From: Anaerohalosphaeraceae bacterium | Lineage (GTDB): Bacteria; Planctomycetota; Phycisphaerae; Sedimentisphaerales; Anaerohalosphaeraceae | Reading direction: 5' to 3' | NCBI GenBank assembly: GCA_963675525.2 | Contig: CAXXSL010000008.1 | Span: forward strand, 160,001 to 224,000 | Length of the DNA: 64,000 bases | In this document: piece after piece, positions 32,874 through 41,261 of the stretch | Layout: each line of letters begins with the position of its first letter | How positions within the stretch are numbered: position 1 is the stretch's first letter | The notes under the pieces: generated by a model | Seen by the model: the letters and a program-made list of their open reading frames with translations, nothing else | What the model was told of the DNA's origin: nothing | The model's database searches: none | Made by a program: the position numbers and the translations under genes

Positions 32874-32937
32874 AATAATCCTCCCTGATAGTTAGACAGG
32901 AACTCCATTATATTCTTCCGATTTCAAGAAAAACAAA

Positions 32938-33108
32938 CTACACTTCTTCCTCAACCTTTTTCTCCTCAACAGCCCACTTAACATCATCCGGCTGAACTTC
33001 TTCGGCGCCGCGATTCCAGTTAAACAGGCCATAGACAACACAGAGAATTGTACTTGCGATGCAGAGAAGATATGCTGCTACCACTCCTTTGTCTTCGATT
33101 CCAAGCAT
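32938..33108 (-). CDS. Small symporter accessory membrane protein
   Basis: MLGIED...AYLLCIASTILCVVYGLFNWN, single TM, directly upstream of the symporter. Confidence 0.8.
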   Translation of the reverse strand: MLGIEDKGVVAAYLLCIASTILCVVYGLFNWNRGAEEVQPDDVKWAVEEKKVEEEV

Positions 33109-33327
33109 AATCAGTCCTTTCATAATGCTGGTTCACGAAACCGGATATTACATGGCCGGTTTATTACTGTTTGTAAATATAATAGCTGTCATGTATAAGA
33201 TTTCAAACAAAAACTTAACAATTATGTAATATTTTCGGCGTTTTGTTGTGAAAAAGATGAGTTTTTTGTTTTTTATCGGATTATGAACAGAAAACTATCA
33301 AAACAGGGGGTTTTAATACTGATAAGC

Positions 33328-34179
33328 CTAATTTTTAATTGTTTTAAGCAGTTTTTTGGCATTCTTGTAAAATATCTTCTCCAGAAATGCCTCCGGCATG
33401 CCCAATTTGGAAAATGCCTTGATTTCGGCCGCTTGATCCGTCCACGGTGAATCAGTACCGAAGAGGATATAATCCGAAGGATGTGCCAAAATCATCCGTT
33501 TAAGCTGGTCATGGTTGAGATATTGGACTGAAAATGACGTTTCCATGTAAATCGGCTTGCCGATCAAGTACTCTTCAACCTCATCCCACTGCTGCCAACT
33601 TCCCAGATGGGTCGTTATCAGCTTTAAATCGGGGAATTTTGCAAGAACGTTTGATATTTTCTTCGGTCCTGCACGGTCAATCCACTCAAATGCAAAATCA
33701 AACCCCGTATGCATCGTCAGCAGCAGCCCTTCGGCCTGAACCGCCTCATAGAGCGGGTCCAGCTTCGCATCATCCATATCAAAATCCTGATAATACGGGT
33801 GCATTTTGATCCCCGCCAGCCCCGCCGCGGCGATCTGCCGGACATGTTCCGGACCGGCCGGGTCATCCGGATGCACCGAGGCCAGCGGAATGATCCGCTC
33901 GGACTGGATCGCCCGACTCCATTGAAAGATCGGCTCAAACTGCGACGGCTTGGTGGCAATGCTGCACAACACACTGCGCTCAATGCCGTTGGCATCCATC
34001 GACGCCAGCAGCGACGACAGCTTGCCGTCCAGATACGCCGTCACCGAATCCGTCTCCGACAAAAGCTGCCGCATCGCACGCTCGGCCAGAGCATCCGGAA
34101 ACGCATGCGTATGAAAATCAATAATCGCCCGCCTTGAATTAAAAGGGGTCAGACACCTTTTTCCTGTCGGCTGTTTCAC
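33328..34179 (-). CDS. Amidohydrolase-family metallo-hydrolase
   Basis: IIDFHTH, GIKMHP, MHTG, THLG, LFGTDSPW. Start uncertain; GTG 34179 overlaps the RAYT stop. Confidence 0.85.
   Translation of the reverse strand: MKQPTGKRCLTPFNSRRAIIDFHTHAFPDALAERAMRQLLSETDSVTAYLDGKLSSLLASMDANGIERSVLCSIATKPSQFEPIFQWSRAIQSERIIPLASVHPDDPAGPEHVRQIAAAGLAGIKMHPYYQDFDMDDAKLDPLYEAVQAEGLLLTMHTGFDFAFEWIDRAGPKKISNVLAKFPDLKLITTHLGSWQQWDEVEEYLIGKPIYMETSFSVQYLNHDQLKRMILAHPSDYILFGTDSPWTDQAAEIKAFSKLGMPEAFLEKIFYKNAKKLLKTIKN
34137..34162 (-). repeat. RAYT-associated REP copy A
   Basis: AAAAAGGTGTCTGACCCCTTTTAATT on the minus strand. Confidence 0.88.
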
Positions 34180-34844
34180 AATTCCCCCTTTTTGGGTCTG
34201 CCGCGGGGGTTTAGGGATGATTCCAATGACAGGTCTTTCGCTGTTTTCAGTATCCATTTCTCATCGCCGAACGGGCGGCCGCGTTGAAGGCAGGTTTCAA
34301 TCTTCTCGACCGGCAATCCGGCAACGCTATCCACCCGCTTTTTCCACTGTCGGGGCAGTTCCACCGGGCCGTCGCTTAGTTCCAGCGGCTTTTCCTCACC
34401 GCAGCGAATCGCCAGACTGCTCCATGGCCAATCGGCGCTGCGTTTGACCAGTTCAGCCCGCAGCGGATTGCTCTCGACATACCGCAACAGCGTCAGATAG
34501 TACGCCCGGTCCTGCACGGGAAAGCTTTTGTAGCGGCCCTGGTAGAGATGTCCGATGCCGACGGTTCGATGTGCTCCGTGCCAGCGGTGTGAGTGCGTGA
34601 CGGTCAGCCATTTCATGAAAGCCGACAGGTCGCCGTCATGCCGCGGCCACAGCACTAAATGCCAGTGGTTGCTCATGATGCAGTAGCCGCAAAGCCGCAT
34701 GTCAAAGCGTGCCAGACCTTCGGCGAGAATCTGCTCAAACGCCGCAAAATCGCCCGCCTTCTTAAAAATCCGAAGCCGACCATTCGCACGATTCAGAACA
34801 TGATAAACAAGATTTCCCTTCGCAATACGCTTGTGTCGTGGCAT
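34176..34844 (-). mobile_element. REP-associated tyrosine transposase (RAYT, Y1 HUH family)
   Basis: MPR..R....LVYHVLNRAN, YCIMSNHWHL (HUH), GHLYQGRYKS, RYVESNPLRA, WPWSS, RGRP; flanked by inverted REPs. Confidence 0.92.
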
Positions 34845-34852
34845 AATCAGCA

Positions 34853-34880
34853 ATTATAGCACGAATAAACGCGATGTCAA
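34853..34880 (-). promoter_or_regulatory. Consensus promoter of RAYT, probably leaderless mRNA
   Basis: TTGACA-N16-TATAAT with TGn extension, 8 nt before the ATG. Confidence 0.75.
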
Positions 34881-34882
34881 CT

Positions 34883-34930
34883 AAAAAAGGTGTCTGACCC
34901 CTTTAATTTACCTAATTTACCTAATTTACT
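34883..34930 (+). repeat. REP copy B (34883-34910) followed by TAATTTACC x3
   Basis: AAAAAAGGTGTCTGACCCCTTTAATTTA; 9-bp units at 34904, 34913 and 34922. Confidence 0.9.
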
Positions 34931-34933
34931 TCT

Positions 34934-35242
34934 TTATTTGTCCCCTTGCATAAATGCAGGGTATTTACCGGTCCCTTTTGCATCCGCCCTACATATTTCT
35001 ACAGAACACGAATGTTGACCAAGTGCAAATCCGGGATCTAAATGTATATGCTCTCTTTCTCCTATTGGCATCCCTGATAAATTTTGATCCCAATCTGCCA
35101 AATACTTTATTAGTTTTGAAAGAGAGCCTAATCCCTCGGGATCACCTATCACAACGATTTTCTGCGATGTCTCGTTAATAACATGGTGAAATATTTCTAA
35201 TTTCCCTTTAATTTCCGGAATACTTTTAAAAAAATCACTCAT
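34934..35242 (-). CDS. Polymorphic-toxin immunity protein (Imm32-like)
   Basis: VVIGDPEGLGSLSKLIKYLA...EHIHL; directly downstream of the Rhs tip; GGAG RBS; AT-rich. Confidence 0.7.
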   Translation of the reverse strand: MSDFFKSIPEIKGKLEIFHHVINETSQKIVVIGDPEGLGSLSKLIKYLADWDQNLSGMPIGEREHIHLDPGFALGQHSCSVEICRADAKGTGKYPAFMQGDK

Positions 35243-35268
35243 ATACAGAACTCCAATATTTAAATAAT

Positions 35269-35856
35269 TCAGTTCGCTGGCGCCACCTCCATAAGACTCT
35301 GCACTATAGGAATAATCGCAGGCCAATAAGTAATCACTGCTGCCACAGCTACAGCACCTACGCCAACACCCGCCGATACCTTTTGAGCTGTATCTATACC
35401 TTCTTCTGTTAAACCTCTATTTAATTTTTCACATATTTTTTCACCTGCAGTGGGCTCATATGTTCTGGTTCCGTTTACATCATAATCCGGCACATCACCA
35501 TCAACCTGCCCCTCTAAATCGTTTACAGGATCTGGTGGGAAATATCTTCCAACTTTCCCCCCCTTTGAATTCTCATAATCCCAATGTCCTCTGTCGTGGA
35601 AGTCATCATCATCTTCATCATGCCAATGTTTCCAACGACGACCTTTTTTATAAGCCCCACGTTCTTTATCCCACTTCCATTTTTTGCCGGTTTCAGGCCA
35701 TCTTTGGGGGGGGTCTGATGCCCCTGGCACTTTTTTCAACCCCCATGGATCAACCCAATTGACAGGGTTGTTTCCGCAGTACTGGTAGAGGTTCATGCTG
35801 TCGTAGTAGCCGATGGGGTCGGTCTGCATGAAGGATAAATTAAAGGGGTCAGACAC
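35269..35856 (-). CDS. Orphan Rhs C-terminal toxin module (truncated Rhs core plus toxin tip)
   Basis: [32 protein letters not shown] is the Rhs core end; tip has H..GHWDY...G.VGRYFP, resembling Ntox37-type predicted RNases. Confidence 0.85.
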   Translation of the reverse strand: MSDPFNLSFMQTDPIGYYDSMNLYQYCGNNPVNWVDPWGLKKVPGASDPPQRWPETGKKWKWDKERGAYKKGRRWKHWHDEDDDDFHDRGHWDYENSKGGKVGRYFPPDPVNDLEGQVDGDVPDYDVNGTRTYEPTAGEKICEKLNRGLTEEGIDTAQKVSAGVGVGAVAVAAVITYWPAIIPIVQSLMEVAPAN

Positions 35857-35863
35857 CTTTTTT
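35836..35863 (-). repeat. REP copy C
   Basis: Exact 28-bp reverse complement of copy B. Confidence 0.9.
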
Positions 35864-35975
35864 GGTTCTCCCTTTATTACGTTTATGCTATTTCTCCTTG
35901 TTTTTCACCTCTGCCACAACGTTCATGACATGTCATCATCACCTATCATAAACAAACAAAGCCACCAATCAACCT

Positions 35976-36006
35976 AAAAAAAAGGCCCGGGAAAATCCGG
36001 GCCTTT
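35976..36006 (-). terminator. Intrinsic terminator of the cold-shock gene
   Basis: AAAGGCCCGG/CCGGGCCTTT stem with T8 on the minus strand. Confidence 0.88.
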
Positions 36007-36043
36007 GGGTGTTTCACAGAACAGCTAATCTAAGCAAGCGCCC

Positions 36044-36247
36044 TTAGCAGGGTCGAACTTGCGTTGCTTCCATTCCTTTCTTGCCCTGTGCCGGTTCGAA
36101 CTCGACCCGCTGGCCATCACGCAGCGTACGGAAGCCTTCGGATGCGATGTTGGTGTGATGAACGAAGAGATCGTCACCTCCATCATCAGGAGTAATAAAC
36201 CCAAATCCTTTTTTCTCGTTAAACCACTTGACTGTACCCTGACTCAT
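36044..36247 (-). CDS. Cold-shock protein (CspA family)
   Basis: [21 protein letters not shown]. Confidence 0.97.
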   Translation of the reverse strand: MSQGTVKWFNEKKGFGFITPDDGGDDLFVHHTNIASEGFRTLRDGQRVEFEPAQGKKGMEATQVRPC

Positions 36248-36428
36248 AACAACTCCTCGGGCCTCTGGCCCATCTTGCTATTTCCCTCGACAGTTACCAA
36301 GAGACGGCCCGAGGGAAGAACAACCGTCTCCATGTCCACAACGATCTATTTTAGATTAAAGCAATATTGTACCGTGATAGCAAATTAATTTTTTCAAAAA
36401 TAACCTGTTTTTTCGATTAAAACGGGCA

Positions 36429-36857
36429 TTATTCACCGGTTGGCCTCTCTGTTCGGATTTTTTTCAGGTCCGACCTCTTTTTTTTATCCTTCAGGCGGCG
36501 TTGAATCGCGGATTTCGGAGTTCGGGTCGGACGACGGATCTTGGCGGGCTTGAGGGCCTCGGCGATCAGGCCGGCCAACCGCTGTGCAGCGGCATTGCGA
36601 TTGGCATGCTGAGAGCGATATTCCTGACAGGTCACCTGCAGGATGCCCTGCTTGTCAATCCGGCTCTTGAGTGTTTTGGCGATCTTCTGCTTTTGAAACT
36701 CGGTCAGGCACGGGCAATCGAATAGACTCAGCGAAACACTGACGCGGGTATTGAGCTTGTTGACGTTCTGTCCGCCGGGGCCGGAACTTCGGGAAAAAAC
36801 GAATGTCAAATACGTTTCAGGAATGGACAATTTCGAATTGATGTACAGCAAATCCAT
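36429..36857 (-). CDS. arfB: Alternative ribosome-rescue peptidyl-tRNA hydrolase
   Basis: RSSGPGGQNVNK, RSQHANR, basic tail RRPTR...RRLKDKK. Confidence 0.93.
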   Translation of the reverse strand: MDLLYINSKLSIPETYLTFVFSRSSGPGGQNVNKLNTRVSVSLSLFDCPCLTEFQKQKIAKTLKSRIDKQGILQVTCQEYRSQHANRNAAAQRLAGLIAEALKPAKIRRPTRTPKSAIQRRLKDKKKRSDLKKIRTERPTGE

Positions 36858-36874
36858 GACAGGCTCATCGATCG

Positions 36875-37558
36875 TCAGACAACCGCACGGTAACCTTTGC
36901 CGTGAACGGTCTTGATAATGTTACGTGCGGTCCCCAGTTTCTTTCGCAGCGAGGCAACGTGCACATCCACAATCCGCTCATTGGCGCTTTGTTCGGCGGA
37001 TCCGAGAATGCTTTGAAGGTCTTCTCGGCTGAGGGCACTGCCGCCGGCCTTGAACAACGTCAGCAAAATATTGAACTCGGCGGGGGTCAGGTCAATTGGT
37101 GTGCCTTCAACGAATACCTGGCGCCCTGCGGGAAAAACGCGAACCGCTCCTGCCTGCAGAATCTCCCGGACCGTATTCGGTTCCGGGTACGCCCGGCGCA
37201 AAACCGCTTCAATCCGTGCCAAGAGAACCTTGGTACTGAATGGCTTGGTAATGTAGTCATCGGCACCAACACTGAGGCCAACGATGATATCGGTTTCGGT
37301 ATCTTTGGCGGTCAACAGAATGATCGGGATGTGGGAAGTTTCGGCTTCATTTTTGAGCTTGGTGGTAAGTTTGATGCCCGAAGTGTCGCCGAGAATGATA
37401 TCCAGCAGGATCAAATCCGGCTTATCAACGGCCAGCATCGCCAGAGCCTCGGCGCCGCTGGCAGCGGTTCGGACAATATACCCTTCCTGGGACAGGGACA
37501 TATCCAGCAATTCCAGCAGATCGGTCTGGTCATCGACAACGAGTATACGGGCATTCAT
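36875..37558 (-). CDS. OmpR/PhoB-family response regulator
   Basis: ILVVDD, LILLD, GADDYITKPF, VDVHVASLRKKL, KTVHGKGY. Confidence 0.95.
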   Translation of the reverse strand: MNARILVVDDQTDLLELLDMSLSQEGYIVRTAASGAEALAMLAVDKPDLILLDIILGDTSGIKLTTKLKNEAETSHIPIILLTAKDTETDIIVGLSVGADDYITKPFSTKVLLARIEAVLRRAYPEPNTVREILQAGAVRVFPAGRQVFVEGTPIDLTPAEFNILLTLFKAGGSALSREDLQSILGSAEQSANERIVDVHVASLRKKLGTARNIIKTVHGKGYRAVV

Positions 37559-37791
37559 GGGCTTTTATCCTCAACTTATTATTTAAACAGCCATATGATT
37601 TACATTTTCATCACAGCTGCTTAATAATCAATTAAACATCCTTTATTTTATCGACTTTCGGGGCATTGTAGTTCATCAATAATCGGAAAATCAACTGAAA
37701 ATATCGAATAACGACCGATAAAAATGCACTTTTATGAGTGGGCAGTGCCAAGTCGGTTCATAATTTTTCCTGAGGCCAGGCAGGCAACGTG

Positions 37792-38158
37792 AAATGGGTT
37801 TGTATTGGGTTTGGTTGGGTTCGCGTGGCGCTATTAAAAACTGCGGTGTTGTGTCCGTTGGTGGGTTTGAGTGTGGTATGGGGCATTTGCGTCATGGGTG
37901 TGTTTGGCACTTAAATTGGGTTCGTTTTTTTGGGGGTTGGCGGGGTCAAAAAGGGGGTTTTTTTACGAATTTCCAAAGCTAAATCGGCGATCCTGGGCTG
38001 TACGAGTAGAGGGTACTTGGGGGCAAAATTGGCTTCGTTTTGGGTTCGATTGGGTTTGTTTTTGTAGGGGCAGCCCTTAGTCCATTGTTTTTAGTCCTTA
38101 GGAGAAAGGCGTTTACTGTGATTTGGCTGCTTTGAAAATTGGGTTCGTTTTGTAAAAA
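37792..38158. repeat. G/T-rich array of AAATTGGGTTCGTTT-like motifs
   Basis: Motif clusters at about 37792, 37913, 38025 and 38135. Confidence 0.7.
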
Positions 38159-38450
38159 TAGTATTATAGTCTTTCGTCTTCAGGGAGATCCGGGTGGCTT
38201 TTTTTGGGCCGGGATACGCTGATTCAATTGTCAAATATCATACTATTCGATTTTTCATATTATATCATAAATTAGATAAATGCAAAACTAATTTTCAGAT
38301 TCACTAAATATAAATTTGACCTTCCCTGCTCTACATTCCAACATGTGGATCTCATCCAGACGGCTGTTTTTGTAAACCACGAAATGGGGAAGGCGGATTT
38401 TCAGAAAATGGACGGTAATCGTAATTTTTATGCGATTATCAAACAACCCT

Positions 38451-38475
38451 AAAAAAAGGCACCGAATGGTGCCTT
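38451..38475 (-). terminator. Terminator-like hairpin with no obvious upstream gene
   Basis: AAGGCACC-gaat-GGTGCCTT with a T-run on the minus strand. Confidence 0.5.
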
Positions 38476-38788
38476 CCGATCATTCAATCAAAAATGTCAC
38501 GTCAAAAGTACCTGACACGTTACGTTTTCCCGGATTATTCCCTTGCATAGAAATATCTGTGGTGTAAAATGAAACCCGCATCTGTATACATCTGTGAAGA
38601 CACTTACTCAGCAACAAGCAGCGTTAGTTGTAAAGCACGGTGAGAAAATGAGCGGGAGAAGACATAATTGGGCACTTCTAAACGGCCTTTGCCAAGACCC
38701 CCTACGGAATCACTATTTGCCCCAAGGGTATGCAGTTAATCAATTCACATCTAAACATATTTTAAATTCTTTATAAGGAAATAGAATC

Positions 38789-41080
38789 ATGAAAACGCAA
38801 AAGACATTCCTGATTATTATGTTCATTGCCTGTATTTTTAACTGCCGCGCGGCTGTGTTCGATTTTGATGACGGCACCGTTCAGGGCTGGACAATGGAAG
38901 GGGCCTGGCGTGGAAACGGCGCAAGCTATACCGGCCCGTACAGCAACAATTTTGTATTTGGATGGAAAGACCCGGTTCAATATCCCGGGATTCCCGGCTG
39001 GGATGCCGTGGGAGATAATGAAGGCACGATGCAGATGTTTACCTTCGGCGGTCACGGTATTACCAGTGGTACCGGAGATTGGTGGATCATGCAGTTGCAT
39101 TCCCCGGATCTGACCAGTGACAGCCAGTGGCAGGGTGCAAGTGGATATTCAGTTGAGATTGCCGAATGTATGGCAGCATTTGTCCCCGATCTTTATGCAA
39201 ATCTTTGGGTAAAAGTGTATGATACGGACCTGGGAACAGACCGCTATTTTTACAACAATGAAGCTCAACTTTTAGATCATTGTGTTTACAATTCAGAAGC
39301 AGTGTGGAATCACCTGTCCTTTGACTGGTCCGGAGTACTGCCGGCCAATTATATTGTTCGTGAGGTGTTCATCAATATCTTCGGAAAAATCGGCAGTTAT
39401 TATGAAGGCGGTATTTATGTGGATCATGTGACGCCATTTGGTTCGCCTGTGCCTCCATCCAATCTTCAGGCTAATATTACCAGTCCACAGATTCATCTAA
39501 CCTGGGATGATAACTCCATCGACGAAGATGGTTTTAGGATTCAGTATAAAAGATGGAGTTTGATAGAACCGCCCGGATGGACAGATCTTGATACGGTAGG
39601 GCCGAATGTGCAATCGTATCAGGTTGATAATCCAACGTTGAATTACTATTATAAATTCCGGGTAAGCGCCTATAATACCTACGGTGATTCGACGTATTCC
39701 ACTTCGAATCAGGTAAAGATTTTGTATCAACTTTACTGGATTCATGTAAATGCTCCCAACGGGGGCGAAATACTGGCGGAAGGGGCAAATTATCCAATTA
39801 CCTGGACGTCGGGGATAGGGATTACAAACGTTCGTATTGATTACTCCACGGATGGCGGCAGCAACTGGATTGATCCACCGATTGTTGCTTCAACAGCTAA
39901 TGATGGATCGTATAACTGGACTGTTCCCAATACGTACAGTGATAATTGCATTCTCCGGATTTCGGATGCGTCAGATGGTTCACCTTATGATATTAGCAAC
40001 GAGCCATTTCAAATTGTACCGCCGGGCCCGGATTTGACGGTTGTGTCGCTTACTTGTGACGAACAAGGAACAGCCATTAAGGATAATGAACTACATTTTC
40101 ATTGCACGATAAAGAATCAGGGATCATTATCTTCCGGCTGGTTTTATATGTACTGGTATGCTGATGAAGAAACTCCTCCCGATCCCGGACAAATCGGCCA
40201 GCGAAACTGGTATATCCCCGGGGGTCTGATCCCGGGCGGTACGTACACGGTCGATTTTACTTATACTTATACCAGTCCTGATGTGAAGAAGATGTATGTT
40301 TTGGTGGATTCGACATTCGTATGCACTGAGGTCGATGAAGGGAACAATCTGCTGGGCCCGCAAGATATGGATGTGTATGAGTTTGAATTTATTGAAGACA
40401 ACGATGCGGCGTATAAGTGGTTCGGGGGGGATGACAATACCCCCAGAAATGTTGGCGGTGGGCAAAGCTTTGCACTGTCTCGCAGTGCTGAAGTCAAATA
40501 CGCCAGTTTTAAGTTCAGAGATGAATTTGACTATCACTACAGTCCAACCGGCTCGGGACATGCGGTCACGCTTGTACTGAATGTACGGGCCGAAAACGGA
40601 ACGATTGTTAAAACCGTCTCTGAAAATGTCCCTTCATCTTTCAATGGCGGATGGGTTTTCTTTGACCTGAATATGGACATGTGGGCCGATGAAACGTATT
40701 TATTTACCTGCTATCTGCAGGATGGCCACAGCAATGAATTGTCCAGCAGTCTCTGCGGCAGATCAGACGATCCATGGCCTAACAGCCAGGGATATTCAGC
40801 TGAAACTGATTCCAATCCCTTTGATATGGAAGATTGGAGTCATTGGAGTACCCACCCGTGGGATTTTAATTTCCGTCTGGCCGGTAACTACCATGATCTT
40901 GCAAAGGCAGACTTTACGCGAAATTATAAAGTGGATCTTGTGGATTTTAGTGAATTCGGTCTGCAATGGCTCAGGACAGATTGTGTCCTTCCGGGTTGGT
41001 GTGATCAAACGGACATGGACTACGACGGAAGCGTGGACATAATAGACCTAGACTCCTTTGTTTATTACTGGCTCTGGTAA
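38789..41080 (+). CDS. Secreted multidomain protein (FN3, PNGGE Ig-like, CARDB, C-terminal dockerin-like)
   Basis: Signal peptide; LTWDDNS..EDGF, APNGGE, PDLTV...EVDEGNN, ADFTRNYKVDLVDF...DMDYDGSVDIIDL...WL. Confidence 0.8.
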   Translation: MKTQKTFLIIMFIACIFNCRAAVFDFDDGTVQGWTMEGAWRGNGASYTGPYSNNFVFGWKDPVQYPGIPGWDAVGDNEGTMQMFTFGGHGITSGTGDWWIMQLHSPDLTSDSQWQGASGYSVEIAECMAAFVPDLYANLWVKVYDTDLGTDRYFYNNEAQLLDHCVYNSEAVWNHLSFDWSGVLPANYIVREVFINIFGKIGSYYEGGIYVDHVTPFGSPVPPSNLQANITSPQIHLTWDDNSIDEDGFRIQYKRWSLIEPPGWTDLDTVGPNVQSYQVDNPTLNYYYKFRVSAYNTYGDSTYSTSNQVKILYQLYWIHVNAPNGGEILAEGANYPITWTSGIGITNVRIDYSTDGGSNWIDPPIVASTANDGSYNWTVPNTYSDNCILRISDASDGSPYDISNEPFQIVPPGPDLTVVSLTCDEQGTAIKDNELHFHCTIKNQGSLSSGWFYMYWYADEETPPDPGQIGQRNWYIPGGLIPGGTYTVDFTYTYTSPDVKKMYVLVDSTFVCTEVDEGNNLLGPQDMDVYEFEFIEDNDAAYKWFGGDDNTPRNVGGGQSFALSRSAEVKYASFKFRDEFDYHYSPTGSGHAVTLVLNVRAENGTIVKTVSENVPSSFNGGWVFFDLNMDMWADETYLFTCYLQDGHSNELSSSLCGRSDDPWPNSQGYSAETDSNPFDMEDWSHWSTHPWDFNFRLAGNYHDLAKADFTRNYKVDLVDFSEFGLQWLRTDCVLPGWCDQTDMDYDGSVDIIDLDSFVYYWLW

Positions 41081-41103
41081 GATCCCCAACGTTTAAATCA
41101 AGG

Positions 41104-41238
41104 ATAGCCCCGGGTTTCGCTTCGCTGCGTCCGGGGCTATCGTTATTCAAGCCCCCGTTCGACTTCGCTCAGGGCAGGCTCTTTTGGCTTGTGGAATTTC
41201 TCTGTTTAAACAGATTCCTCGGCTGCGCTCGGAATGAC
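41104..41238. repeat. Cluster of REP-like palindromes between convergent genes
   Basis: ATAGCCCCGG...CCGGGGCTAT; TTCGACTTCGCTCAGGGCAGGC; 37-bp unit 41202-41238 matches 44843-44879 with 1 mismatch. Confidence 0.8.
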
Positions 41239-41261
41239 ATTTTTGGATCGCGGGGCACTTG

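Noticed and set aside
37792..38158. CRISPR array
   Set aside because: Repeats are short, degenerate and unevenly spaced, and there are no cas genes.
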